A DNA stretch of 64,000 nt, from contig OX597836.1 of NCBI GenBank assembly GCA_951406725.2, forward strand, positions 10,850,001 to 10,914,000. Reading direction: 5' to 3'. The DNA comes from Octopus vulgaris (Eukaryota). The notes beneath the pieces were generated by a model. The model was not told the DNA's origin. It was given only the letters and a program-made list of their open reading frames with translations, and searched no databases. Each line of letters starts with the position of its first letter. The first letter of the stretch is position 1. Shown piece after piece: positions 30,130 to 44,403 of this stretch. The translations under genes and the position numbers were made by a program.

Positions 30130-30530
30130 TTGGGCTGTCCGAAAAGTTCGTGCCGATTTTTAAAGAAAAGAAAAAGGTCAATAAATACTTGCCATTACAT
30201 TTTAATCAACCAAATATGAAACATTTCGTTGCACAATGCGTCTCCATCTTTCCTTTAACTCGAAAATACCCTCTTCCCAGAACTGAGGTGGTTTCCTGGC
30301 AAAGAATTCATCAAGGTGTCTTTTTACGTCATCCAAGGAATTGAAGTTTTTAACATTAAGACTATTCTGCAGAGACCTGAATAAGTGGGAATCCGAAGGA
30401 GCAATATCTGGTGAATATGGAGGGTGGGGTAACACATCTCGGCCGAGCTGCAGCAATTTTTGTGCGGTTCCCAAAGCATCAAGAGCCGAAAATGAACTTT
30501 CTTATCTTCCATTTTAAAGGGTTATAAATT
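30130..30530 (-). mobile_element. Mariner relic, internally deleted
   Basis: C-terminal VLPHPPYSPDIAPSDSHLFRSLQN...FWEEGIFELKERWRRIV joined to N-terminal MEDKKVHFR; one TIR at 30130. Confidence 0.9.
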
Positions 30531-30544
30531 ATCACCAGAGTAGC

Positions 30545-31322
30545 TGGTGTCGTTCTCAACAGTGTCTCACATACAGTTACCCACGGGATTAGAATGGGGC
30601 GTATGAAGAGGCCAGAAATCGGGGTTGCTGGAAGCGTAGAAATATCCGCCACTCTTTTAGCTGCAGCTCAGCTGTGTTTGAGGTTGGCCCTAAGATTAGG
30701 GTTAACGGTACAGCGTTGTTGTTGTTGTTGTTGCTGTTGTTGTTATTCTTGTTCTTGTTCTGCTTCTCCTTCTTCTTCCCCCTCTTCGCCTTCTTCTTTC
30801 GTCTTCTTTCGTCTTCTCACTCTTCCCAGAGGTAAGACGAGGAATAGAATCCTGCTGCAACACATACATGTACTTTCAGCGGCAACCCTCTCTAGAGCAG
30901 GGTTCGACCGCAGTCTCCAGCAGCTTCACATTTCTGTCTGAATTGAGCCTCAGTCTGTAGTCAAAGTTGTTGGGTGGCATGACGGCACCCTCACAGGAGC
31001 CACACCCAAAGACCATCACAGTTCGGTAGAAATTAGTTTTCATGATGAACATGTTACGTACTACAGCCTTTAAAGTGTTCACAGAGCGTTGAGTAGCAGT
31101 CATGTTGTCGCCATTTTGATATCCCGCTCAAACCATCATGACATAAATAACACTTTTCTAATATTCAAATGGCTTCCGGTCCTCCATGCCAGCTAATTTT
31201 TTTCTCAACTATAACTTCAGTCGTTATGCTCTCCAACGCCGCTGAATGGTGTTACCAATACGCCACGTTATTCCTGAAGAAGGAAGACATAAATAATCGC
31301 CAGGTTTAGCCAGAACACCCTT
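30545..31322 (-). mobile_element. maT/DD37D-type relic, copy 2, interrupted at 30655-30817
   Basis: MKTNF..TVMVFGCGSCEGAVMPP..LRLNSD..VKLLETAV; YVLQQDS in a shifted frame; terminus AGGGTGTTCTGGCTAAA. Confidence 0.78.
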
Positions 31323-31397
31323 TATGAAGCATATATTTGGCGTAATGTTACGCAAAGGATATGCTTTATAAATCACACTTCGAAATTACGAGGTGTC

Positions 31398-31850
31398 ATT
31401 CTTCTTCTTCTTCTTCTTCTTCTTCTTCTTCTTCTTCTTCTTCTTCTTCTTCTTCTCTCTCCCTCCTCCTCCTCCTCCTCCTGCTTCTACTTCCTCCCCC
31501 TCCTCTTCTTGTTACTGCTCCTCTTGCCCTTCCCCTTCCGAGTTTCTGTTGTTTAAGTCGTTGTTGTTGTTGTTCTTCTTCTTCTTGTTCTTCTTCTTCC
31601 TCTCCCTTCTCTTCCTTTTTCTCTCTCTTCTTCTTTTCCTCATTCTCTGCCACCCTCCTTCTCCTCCTCCTCCTCCTCCTCCGCTTCCTCATGCTTCTTT
31701 CCCTCCCTCTCCCTCCCTCTTCTTAACTTCTTCACTTCTTCCCCGTAACATATTCCCACAATTTTTCTCTCCTCTTCCCATTCCCAATATTTCCTTCCTC
31801 CCTCCCTGCCTTTCTAATCCACCTCCTCTACGCTCCATTCTTTCTCCCTG
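31398..31850. repeat. (CTT)n/(CCT)n polypyrimidine tract
   Basis: Visible tandem and degenerate repeats. Confidence 0.9.
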
Positions 31851-32187
31851 ACACCACTCTCTTCTTTTCTCAATTTTTCAAAGCCGCACCCCCCCTCCAT
31901 CGCTCACCCATTTTCATTTCCAATTTATTATATTTACCTATTTATTGTTGTATTTATATTCATATTTTCTTATAAACGTTATAGATTTCAACCACAAAAA
32001 TCCTTTCGTTTCAGGTTTTGTGGCAAATATTCCTTTAATCTTTATTTACTTTGACTTTTAGTTATCTCTTGTGTTTGTCTTTAAATATCTCCTTTGAATG
32101 CTATACGTACGTACATACACACACATAGACACATACACACATATATATACACGCACACACACATAGCAATGTTTATGTGTACATACA

Positions 32188-32223
<36 letters not shown>

Positions 32224-32230
32224 TTCATAC

Positions 32231-32308
<78 letters not shown>

Positions 32309-32468
32309 ATATATGTGTGTATGCACATATATACACGCATGTAGATAAAATGTACAAAAATGTTACATATGTAATTATATATATGCGTGTATATGTTTAT
32401 ACACGGATATATATATACATGTATATATTCAAACGTATATATATATACAGGAATATAATATATATATA

Positions 32469-32510
<42 letters not shown>

Positions 32511-32530
32511 TATGTATATATATATATATA

Positions 32531-32587
<57 letters not shown>

Positions 32588-32915
32588 AAATATCTTCTTC
32601 AGGAAAGTGAAGAAATAAAACTCGTCAATAAGACATTTTAACAGAAAATAATGGACATGCATGATATCTTCGAAACATGTGTCGGAAGTAAAAGAATTTG
32701 AATAACACCTGCATTTAACTTCTTGTATTTATTTATATATATATATTATACAAAATTATTTCACGTAAACCTGAAATTTCTACCTTTAAAAACAAGGAGT
32801 TACAACCGCTTTATTTTTTTGTTTTTTTTGCCCCCCTGGTAACTATTTATCTATTTTTTCTGTGTTAATTGTTAACAAGTGAAAAATTCACGCATCTATT
32901 TATAAACACACACAT

Positions 32916-32968
<53 letters not shown>

Positions 32969-33413
32969 TATATATATATATATGATTGCATGAATATATA
33001 GGCATGTATATATTTATATACATATACATATATACATCTGTACATATATACAGCTCTATGTATAATTCTACTTCTAGTATTGAGCACTCTCTGTTCTAAT
33101 TATTCACACGTATGTTTTCATTAAACACAACTGATCACAATCACTTCAAAATGGAAAAAAAATATAGAAAAAAGCCCGCTGGATTTTTCTGCAAATTTCA
33201 TTCACATCAATGGACTACGTATTATATGGAATATGGCAAATGCTGGAATGCTTTTGAAGATGAATGCGATAGCAACTGTAAGTTTTGGGCGAGGATAAAC
33301 ATACTGATTGAAATCTAGAAAACCCTCCAGCCTCTATGGAACTGGCGCTGTAAGAATTATTTTGCCATAATATAATGTTGAGAGTCAATTTCAATGAGGT
33401 TCTTAAAACAGCT

Positions 33414-33576
33414 AGGTGCAGGCGTAGCTGTGTGGTAAGACACTTGCTTTCCAACCACATGGTTCTGGGTTCAGTCCCACTGCATTGCACCTTGGGCATT
33501 TGTCTTCTACTATAGCTTCAGGCTGACCAAAATCTTGTGAGTGAATTTGGTAGTTAGAATCTGAAGGAAGCCCGTC
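33414..33576 (+). mobile_element. SINE family A 5' half
   Basis: Head, B box, core, ends GAAGCCCGTC. Confidence 0.85.
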
Positions 33577-33587
33577 AGTAAAAAAAA

Positions 33588-34408
33588 TGCGGAAGACCCA
33601 GCTGTGGGATATGTGTCAATTTAATTGAGGGATCAGAGTTCCCCTTCAAACAGGGACAACGTTTCGCAGTGAAAAGTAGCTTCACACGTGCTTCGGAGAA
33701 CCTGATAGACGCACTAACCAAACAAAAAACCTGGAACCAACGAATTAGTAAAGAGTCTCTCTTTATTACAAAATACAGACCAATTTTGAACGCGTCTACA
33801 ACAAATGACATTACCACTATTGCTGTTTAGAATAACACCTACGCAAATTTTATAAACAAAACATTCAAAAGAGATGTTTCAGGAATTCAACAATTACTAC
33901 TACCATCCAAAGCGGGTCACTTGACCATCCTACCACCATCAACAGCCGGCAGTTGACCATTAAACATACTACTGTCATGCTACGCCCACATTCTCCTCCT
34001 ACTCCTCCTCCTCCTATTCATCCTCCCTTCTTCTTTTTCCTCTTCTTCTTCTTCTTCTTCTTCTTCTTCTTCTCCTCCTACTCCTCCTTATTCTTCTCCT
34101 CCTCCTTCTTATTCTCCTCCTCCTCCTCCTCCTCCTCCCCTTCTTCTTCTTCTTCCCCACCAAGAATTCACAACGGCCTCGAACTCAAGAGAGCAAACAA
34201 GAGAGACACAAAGAGGCAGAAACAAGGAAAATACCACTTGCATTTAAACACTATGCAAATATTCTTTAAAGAAAAACAATTTCTTTTAATTTTTCCCAAA
34301 TTTAATTGTTTCCATACTTACAGTTGAAAGAGTCTCAATGACTGAAACCGGTACTGAAATGTTTTTTATAAAATTATTTTAGCATTTTCTATCTTGACAT
34401 TTTTTTCC
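33588..34408 (+). mobile_element. Penelope-like element 3' remnant (Cys motif/GIY-YIG + 3' region + decayed hammerhead)
   Basis: Stop-free frame 33588-33830: CGRPSCGICVNL...FAVKSSFTRASENLIDALT|KQKTWNQRISKESLFITKYRPILN. Hammerhead-like CAG-TTGAAAGA-GTC-TCAAT-GAC-T-GAAACCGGTA-CTG at 34321-34356. Ends in (TA)/(CA). Confidence 0.8.
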
Positions 34409-34420
34409 ATATATATATAA

Positions 34421-34477
<57 letters not shown>

Positions 34478-35068
34478 CACACACTCATACACACACACGC
34501 ACACACACACACACACACATGACGAAATGACCATTCCGAAATATAACAATATCTGTTTCAACACGCGACTTCACATAAAAAAATCTTGCACAAAAAATAT
34601 ATAAACGTATATATATATATATATATATATGTATATACGTTTGCCTGCATGTATGTATATGTGAATATCAGTTCATGGACACAAAATGTGTCAGGTACAT
34701 ACATTTAGCACGTATAATCATTTCCAGTTATTTGCGTTTATCTGTTGACAACATGAAAAATAAACAGTTTTATTTTTAAGACTTCACATAGGAAGTATCA
34801 TTAATTGATTTGAAGATGATGCTGTCGACCACAAAGTCTTTGACGGCGGCGACGAAGGCAGGAATGCTGCTACTGTTGCTGATGATGATGGTGAGGATTA
34901 TGGTGTTTCTGTTGCTGCTGCTGTTGCTGCTGATGGTGATGATTGATGATGCTGGTGGCTTCCATTTTGGGAGAATAGAATTACTTTCAAAGAGCAGCCA
35001 TTCAAGAGCTATTGTGTTTGTATGTATGTATGTATGTATGTATGTATGTATGTATGCACATATGTATG

Positions 35069-35099
<31 letters not shown>

Positions 35100-35219
35100 C
35101 TATGTACGTACGTATGTATGCATATTTGTATGTATGGATAGATGGATGTTTGTATATATGTGTACATACACACAAACATGTATATATGTATAATCTTTTA
35201 TATATGTGTGTGACTGTGA

Positions 35220-35251
<32 letters not shown>

Positions 35252-36153
35252 CATATACACACACACATATATATACATATATACACACACACATATATAT
35301 ACATATACACACACACACATATATATATATATATACATATATGTGTACATATATATTAATATATATATATATACATACATACGCACACGCACAAACATGC
35401 ATACTTACATACAAACATACATACACACACGCAGACGCACGCACACACACACACGGACATACATACAGACACAGACATACAGACAGACACTGACACGCTC
35501 ACACATGAACACACATAAATCACACATACTCGGCTGCTGCAAGGTAAAAGATGGTAGTTTGATGTCATATTTCGATGAAGTGCAATCATTGTGTGATGTT
35601 GACAATAGGAAAAGTAAGTTGCAACGTAGAAGGAAATGCTTTGTTCGCGGATAGACCATTATAATTATCAACAACTCCGTTGCAACGGTTCCTCTTTTAT
35701 CACTAATGCCCCCGGCGGGCGAAACGGCACGATCATATCAACTTATTCCATAAAGCTGTCCGCTATAAATCCAGATTATTGTATCCATGTCAAATAATTA
35801 TGATTATAGAGGAATCAGCTAGAACTGTTTCACAGATGTGGCTAATGCATTTGGAGGAGACATGGAATTTCATGAGTTCTTGTTTATAATATATATATCC
35901 GATAAATTATAGGCAAAATGGTTGGAGTGTTGAATCATTAAATGACGTGCTCTACTTTCACTTTCGTTTTATCTTTATTTTTCATTGGGATGGGCGGCTC
36001 TTATAACGAGTCGTGCATGGTTTATGTCCCTTACTATGAAGGATATGTGTTTGCCAAGTTAAACGGTGTCTGATCACCCTTTACTGGATACTTTTTGTTT
36101 ATGAAAATTTACCAATGCGTATTTAACGCTCAATTATTCTTATTTTGAGAAAT

Positions 36154-36417
36154 GAAGGCGCGTGGTTTAGTGGTTTGAGTATTCGGCTCACGATCGAAAG
36201 GTCGTGAGTTCGATCCCCCGTGGTGTGTTCTATCCCGAGAAAAGACAATTTCACATTGTTTCGGTCCACTCAGCTGGGGCAAAAATCAGTTGTACTTGTA
36301 TTTCGAATGACTAGCATTTTAAAATTCTGTGTCACGCTTAATCTCCTTGAGAAATACGTTAAGGGTACGCGTGTCTGTAGTGTGCTAAGCCACTTACACA
36401 TTAATTTCTCGAACAGG
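36154..36417 (+). mobile_element. SINE family C, 3'-truncated
   Basis: AGGCGCGTGGTTTAGTGG head, GAGTTCGATCCC B box, family C body. Confidence 0.85.
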
Positions 36418-36692
36418 AGAGGTCTAGGGACTCTACTGCTACAACCAACAGGAGGTCAAGGGGTTAAATTACAACGAGGTAGTCTCAGCTGGTTAAGCTA
36501 AGGGAATCCAGTTGGATTATCCGTTACTTAGCCCGTCTATAACGCATTCACGTATTTAGTTCAAGGGAAAGGCGAAGAGCGTGAGAAAAAGAGGGAGAAA
36601 GAAAAAGGAGAGAGAAAAGTAGGATAAGACAAAGAGTGAGAAAGAAAGAGGGAGAGTATTGTGTCAATAAAATTGTGCATAATGTGTATGGA

Positions 36693-36809
<117 letters not shown>

Positions 36810-36960
36810 TATATATATATTATATTAAATTAGAGATAAAACCACTATTAGGCAAATCAAACGATGAAAAACTTAAGCCAATACATAAAATTAATTAATT
36901 TATATTATTTTAAATATATATCAAAATTATTAAAAGTTTAATAAAAGGTAATGAGTAAAA

Positions 36961-37029
36961 CACTACGATCGTTTCATGGCTGTCCAATTCGTAATAATTC
37001 GAATTATGGTTACAGTCAATCTTCAGGTG
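36961..37029 (-). ncRNA. Type-I hammerhead ribozyme motif, core intact
   Basis: Minus strand CAC-CTGAAGA-T-TGACTGT...ACAGCCA-T-GAAACGATCGTA-GTG; AT-rich tail runs into (TA)n at ~36825. Confidence 0.7.
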
Positions 37030-37576
37030 ATTGAAACATCTATCTTAGCGAGGTTTATATATACTGCATTAAGCATTCCGATTTCCTTTAGTTTTCAATG
37101 AGTAGCAGACGAGCGACTATCTTTTGACACAGACACAACACAGGCTACGCTTTCACACTTTTTGCATAAAGTTTTCAGAAATAACCTAATAAGTTTGCCA
37201 TTAATTCCGTGAAATATTCACGTTTCCTACTGGTATCCATAATCTGTGTTGGTCATGCTTGGTGATCGGGCTGGAAAGCGTAAGTATATATGTTTCTGAA
37301 AGGGCCCATTGAAGACGTTGCCTGAGGACTTCACCCCAGCAACCTTCCTAGCAATGGATGAAATATAATCGTGCTAAATCACTAAGAACTAAGTATTACG
37401 AGCAATTTCTATCAAAGCATTATTTGTTATTTTCCTTCTGCATTTTATCCAAAGTGGAAATTTTGGGAAAAGCTAAAATTTTATTGAAATAAAAGTTTTA
37501 AAAAAATGTTTTTGTAAATTCTTCTAAGTCCCATAGGAATAGCCCAATATTAAAGAAACACAGTTACCTACGATGC

Positions 37577-37728
37577 TGGAATTGGCTGTGTGGCTAACAA
37601 GTTTCTTTCCAAACCGCATGACTCTGTGTTCGATCACAAATGGGCAAACACTAGTGTCTTCTATTTTAGGCAAGAATTTTCCAAGAATTTGTGTTTCGTA
37701 GACAGAAACAGTACGGAAACCAGTGTTA
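37577..37728 (+). mobile_element. SINE family A 5' half, highly diverged
   Basis: TGGCTGTGTGG..AGTGTCTTCTA..GTAGACAGAAAC. Confidence 0.55.
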
Positions 37729-37830
37729 CACACACATATACTTATATAGATATACATATATACACATGCATACATATACATAGACTATATATGTGTGAGT
37801 GTACGTGTATATATGCGTGTGTGTGTATGC

Positions 37831-38246
<416 letters not shown>

Positions 38247-38769
38247 CGCGTATCAACAGACTTCTAACATTCAGTTGAAAGAAATGTCTCTAAAGATGAA
38301 TGAATTAAGTCTTAAGATGAAAAAATAATAAAGGGAGACACTTCGCAGAAATATAATCCCAGAAAATCGACTTTGTACGCAATAAGACAGCTGCAATAAT
38401 GAAATCAATGTCAGAGTTTATGTGTTTATCTCATACAAGGTGTCACATCACTGATTCACACTACTTCAGAAGAACGTAAGCGTCTGGGGAAATCTATTCG
38501 GAAATCACCGAAACACTTTTAGAGAATATTACAGCTTGGTGTTGAAACTGAAGCATTGTATCTACACGTCCTCCGTATCAATGTTTGACAAAGATGTGCA
38601 GACGTTTCAGAGGAAATATTTCTGAGTGCTCGTCAGAGAAGGTGTATTTTAAATAAAGTTGGACGACAGAAAATTTCTGGTAAATAGGACAAATAATATG
38701 ATGTACTTAATGAAGCGAATATGTTACGGTATCATCTTGTAATAATTGTGATGGTATTGGCGTACAGTG

Positions 38770-38970
38770 TACGAGGGCTTCCTGAAAAGTTCTTGGTTTT
38801 AAGGGTATCACGAAACGCCTCGTTGGAGGCCCAACCTTCCGAGTTCTTTTGCAGGGATTAGAAAACTGAAGGGCTGCTGCAATATGAGTGTGAATCTGAG
38901 AAGTGGAATAATGTTGGATAAAATCGTAATTAATGTATAAGAGAACTAGTGAACTTGCCTGGGGGACTAT
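38770..38970 (+). mobile_element. Mariner-derived non-autonomous relic
   Basis: TACGAGGG..TGAAAAGT terminus; AGIRKLKGCCN then VNLR (shifted frame) resembles the transposase C-terminus. Confidence 0.55.
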
Positions 38971-39079
38971 AATGCAACTAAGACAGCCCTGGTTGTATCC
39001 TGTAATCTGGAAAAATGATGCCATATTTGTCGAGGGTTGATGGAAATGGAGGCACATCCTTCTGTAAAGAAAATATAAA

Positions 39080-39245
39080 GTGGTAAGCCAGCAGAATCGT
39101 TAGGACCTTGAGGAAAATTTTTAGCGGCGTTTCGTCCGTCTTTAACATACTTATGAAATGCAAACACCTGGGGTCAACGAAAACCCTTGAAAAGCGATCT
39201 CTCAGCATGATCGTAGTTCAATGACTGAGACAAATAAAAGAAAAA
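39080..39245 (+). mobile_element. Old SINE with B-type head and A-type tail
   Basis: GCAGAATCGTTAG..TTAGCGGCGTTTCGTCCGTC followed by CAGCATGATCGTAGTTCAATGACTGAGACAAATAAAAGA. Confidence 0.6.
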
Positions 39246-39609
39246 AGAAAGAACTGTAACATTCAAAGCAAAAACAAAAAAAACAAACAAACACCACAAT
39301 TTTAAAAAAAAACAACCTAAAGATAACTGACGAAATAATTATAATGAAAAATTGGAACATTATATATAGAATAGTGTAAGTTTGCAAGTAAAGACTAGTA
39401 ATATATGCTCCAAAAGATTATTTTCATTTCTATTTTAATTATATATTTAATAGATGTTTTAAATAACATTTGAAAACTTTCACGGATTATTTAAAATCAG
39501 TCAACATCATGGTTTATTTATTTTGCATACATTTTATTTGATTCTTGGTTTTTAAGTACACAAAATAAACACATCCACCACACACGCATACATAGGGATA
39601 ATGGTATAG

Positions 39610-39969
39610 ATAGATAGGTAGATAGACAGATAAATAGATAGATAGATGGATAGACTGGTAGATAGATAGATAGATAGAGAAATAGAGAGCTGCAAATAGT
39701 AGAGAGACAGAGGGATTGATAGGGAAAGCAGTAGATAGATAGAATGATGGATATATATATATATATATATATATGTAAATACAGAGAGGTAGAGAGATTG
39801 GTAGATAGATAGAGAGAGAGAGAAAGAGAGAGAGAGAGATAAGTAGATAGACAGATAAATAGATAGATAGATGGATAGATTAGTAGATAGATAGATAGAG
39901 AAACAGAGAGGTGCAAATAGTAGAGAGACAGAGGGATTGATAGGGAAAGCAGTAGATAGATAGAATGAT

Positions 39970-40054
<85 letters not shown>

Positions 40055-40110
40055 TGTAAATACACAGAGGTAGATAGATTGATAGATAGATAGAGAGAGA
40101 GAGAGAGAGA
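39610..40110. repeat. Two-copy tandem duplication (~230-270 bp) of a GATA/GA/TA compound unit
   Basis: Non-repetitive core TGCAAATAGTAGAGAGACAGAGGGATTGATAGGGAAAGCAGTAG at ~39691 and ~39913. Confidence 0.85.
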
Positions 40111-40803
40111 AAGTGTAAGAGAGAGAAAAAGAAGTCGCTTTATATTTTCGGGAATTCTTTGTTGATCTTTTTTATCTGTCTGACTGAAATTTAGTTTCTT
40201 TTTCTATTTTCGTCAGAAAACTCTGAACAATCACGTGCTATTTATTGCCATATCTGTTTATGATCAATTCATTGAGCAATAGCACACTCCATTAGACCGT
40301 TGTTTTCTCAACTAAACTTCTAGAATCGTTATCTATTTAGCGTTTCTTTTTTTCCTTTTAGATTTTTTTGGGTGTCAGAAAAAAAAAAGTATTTTCCTAT
40401 AGATTATATTATTGTTGTTTGCTATTAATCTATTATCACATTATTTTTTTACACTGAGAGAGAGAGAGAAAGAGGGACCGAGAGACAGAAACTGAAAGAG
40501 ATAGAGAGACATACAGAGAGAGAGAGACAGAGAAAGGGTGAGCGAAATAGGGAAAGGTGTAACGAGTTATATATTGTTTTCTAATTCAAAATGAGGCTGA
40601 ATTTTTTCCTCATCATATTATCGTCTGCATTTTCATTGAGATTTACAATACAATACACTTACTAATATTCACCAGCGTATCGTTAGCTAAAACCGCCATT
40701 TTTTTTCTCATAGATTTCGATGTTGCAGCAACCATATTTTGTATGTCTCCGATATTCATAAAGCTGTCTGTAAATGAAAGATTTTTCTCTAAAAAAACTC
40801 CTG

Positions 40804-40804
<1 letters not shown>

Positions 40805-40883
<79 letters not shown>

Positions 40884-40927
40884 ATTATTACTACTATTAT
40901 TATTATTATTATTACTACTACTACTAC

Positions 40928-40972
<45 letters not shown>

Positions 40973-41061
40973 ACTATTATTATTATTATTATTATTATTA
41001 TTACTACTACTATTATTATTATTATTACTATTATTATTATTATTATTATTATTACTACTAC

Positions 41062-41148
<87 letters not shown>

Positions 41149-41149
41149 C

Positions 41150-41215
<66 letters not shown>

Positions 41216-41294
41216 TTTATTATCATTATTATTATTATTATCATCATCACCATCATTTTACTTATTCTTCTTCTTCTTCTTCTTCTTATTATTA

Positions 41295-41329
<35 letters not shown>

Positions 41330-41330
41330 G
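40805..41330. repeat. (ATT)n/(ACT)n array
   Basis: Visible tandem repeats. Confidence 0.97.
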
Positions 41331-41637
41331 CCATTGCTACAGTTTCTTCGCGCTTATCTTTCTATATTTAGCCTCAATGCTGCACAATGTGTGTAATCCA
41401 ATTTATTCATTCTAACTGAATCTTTCTGAATGCTGCTGAAATTCTTGCTGACAACCTTCTTTACTTTCTAAAGATGTTCAACAATTGATTCTTATACACA
41501 GAAGAAGGCTTTACCGTTTTGTCTTCGCTGCCGTATCTTCATAACGCGTTACTTCCAAACACGCCAAACGGCATTATTTACTACTACTACTACTACTACT
41601 AGATACAATAATACAATCATTTTACTTATTTCTAATA

Positions 41638-41710
<73 letters not shown>

Positions 41711-41718
41711 CATCATCA

Positions 41719-41796
<78 letters not shown>

Positions 41797-42066
41797 GTAG
41801 TAGTAGTAGTAGTAGTAGTATTGTTTTTGTTGTTTGCGGATATTCTCTAATCAAATAATTTTTCTATTTTTCCCCCAAAACTGCAACACAACACAAGGAA
41901 TACCAACAACCACTAGCATCAATTTAAATGTTGTACAATGAAAACAACCGTTTCCGAAGGAGAGAAACTTCCAAACTTCTATAATTCATCGTAAATTAAA
42001 GGAACGGATTTGGAACTAAAATCTTTTACTCAAATCCCTATTTCCTACGACGAATCCATTATTATC

Positions 42067-42152
<86 letters not shown>

Positions 42153-42166
42153 CATTATTATATTTA

Positions 42167-42203
<37 letters not shown>

Positions 42204-42270
42204 CATTATTATTATATTATTATTATTATTATTATCATTATTATTATATTATTATTATTATTATCATTAC

Positions 42271-42324
<54 letters not shown>

Positions 42325-42874
42325 CGTTGCTAGCTCTAATGCTCCGTCCGACATTAAAGCTGGTGCTTTGCTTTCTATGCACTTGTCACACTTAAATATA
42401 TGGCTTCTCCCTGTCTTTTGTTGTTCGTCCTGCGCTGCCAATCTTCGGAAATCTCGCCCATTGTAGTTGCAGCCTTATAATCATTTTGATTTATTAGAAA
42501 GACTCTGAGGTTTCACTTCGGGGCATCTTCTAAAGAAGGGATTTGGGATGTCAGTAGTTGCGTAGCGTGGAGACGTTGTCGGTCAAAAAGAATTCGTTTG
42601 GACAAACTTCTATCGCGTTTGCTACCGCAGCGCACAAGTCTTGACAAAAGCATGCAGCACTAAGGAAGCTTAGCTGTGGAGTTTATAAGATCTCTTTGCA
42701 ATCGCGTAATTTCGGGTTCAGATTCATAGCTCGGGACCTTCGGCAATACCTTTCTGCTATATCCCCGGACCAACCCATCCTTTAAAAGTGGGTCTGAAAC
42801 AAGATAAACACACACGCACACACACACATACACACATGTATACAGGACTATGTGGGGGGTACATGTGTAATATA

Positions 42875-43277
42875 TACTCTTTACGTTTTTACTCTTCTAC
42901 TTGTTTCAGTCATCTGACTGCGGCCATGCTGACGCACCGCCTTTATAGTCGAGCAAATCGACCCCAGAGTATATTCTTTTTTAAGCCTAGTACTTATTCT
43001 ATCGGTCTCTTTTGCCGAACCGCTAAGTTACGGGGACTTAAACACACCAGCATTGGTTGTCAAGCAATGCTGGGGGGACCAACAGACACACATACGTTTA
43101 CACACACACATGCATATATATTCACACGTATACGACAGGCTTCTTCCAGTTTCTCACAAGGCTTTGGTCGGCCCGAGACTATAGGAGAAGACACTTGCAC
43201 AAGGTGCCACGCAATGGGACTGAACCCGGAACCATGAGGTTGGTAAGCAAGCTACTTACCACACAACCACTCATGCG

Positions 43278-43280
<3 letters not shown>
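42875..43280 (-). mobile_element. SINE family A, full length
   Basis: All segments present with a small internal deletion; a very diverged A head lies at ~42662-42795 (+). Confidence 0.9.
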
Positions 43281-43320
<40 letters not shown>

Positions 43321-43362
43321 GTATATATTAGTGTGTGTTTATGGATAGATAGAAGATAAATG

Positions 43363-43545
43363 TACGAGGACTGATCAATATATATCTGGACTGTTGCCAT
43401 GGTAACAAAGCTAAAACATGCAGAGTGAAGCCGCTTGCAAAGATTGACCTTGCACTCTGCCATGCATGCACACCACGTTTTGAAGTGCAAGCTCACTTCT
43501 GCTGTTTACCGCAGTGCTTGGAAGAAAGGTGTGTAGCGTGTGACC
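43363..43545 (+). mobile_element. Mariner-type terminal fragment
   Basis: TACGAGGACTGATCAATA..TATCTGGACT resembles TACGAGGG-type mariner TIRs; no coding support. Confidence 0.45.
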
Positions 43546-44187
43546 ATGAGAGAGCCGATAGAATATGTACTAGACTTAAAATATAACCACTAGGATCGAT
43601 TTCTTCGAGTGAAACACGCCAACGTGTTGCCCCATTATTACATAGTCAGCTGAAAGAAGTAAATGCTTAATGCTTTGTCTCTGACTTACATAAAGATAGT
43701 GAATCTGGCTATGAAAAGAACACAGGAGATCCTTACTCAGACTTTATACTTTGCACGGAAGTTGATGGAATAAACTATCACTGCTTTGAAATAACCGAAA
43801 ACTTGTATCTACTCCAGTAAGAAAGTCCACGATACAGACACGGGGGTGCCTTATAATTAACGGTAGGTTAATTATAATTAACGGTTGCTTACACGTGTCT
43901 ATGTTTGTCATCGTCTTCTTTACACTTACCGTAATTGATAAGTGCCATATTTCGTAGCTTAACCAGCTAGAGAGGTAAAGGTGAACGATTCCCGATGAGA
44001 CTTACATGAAAGACGAAACTTATCGATATGAGTCCCTTTCATCCTTACCCAAAGATTAGCGATTTAACTACAAGGTTTCATACAGCTACAGAGAGAATAT
44101 GTTTTATCATGAGAAATACGAATAAACATGTGGTTTTTCTCACTCTGTCTGTCTCTCTCTTACTATACATATTTATATATAATTATA

Positions 44188-44255
<68 letters not shown>

Positions 44256-44366
44256 TATACATAAACATATACTTTATATATATTTATAAATATGTGTTTG
44301 TCTGTGTATATGTATGTATATGCATGTATATATATATACATACATACATACATATATATATATATT

Positions 44367-44403
<37 letters not shown>

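Noticed and set aside
38985-39070. Possible CR1 3' coding scrap (..STLDKY..FPD..PG)
   Set aside because: Too short and degenerate to support as a feature.
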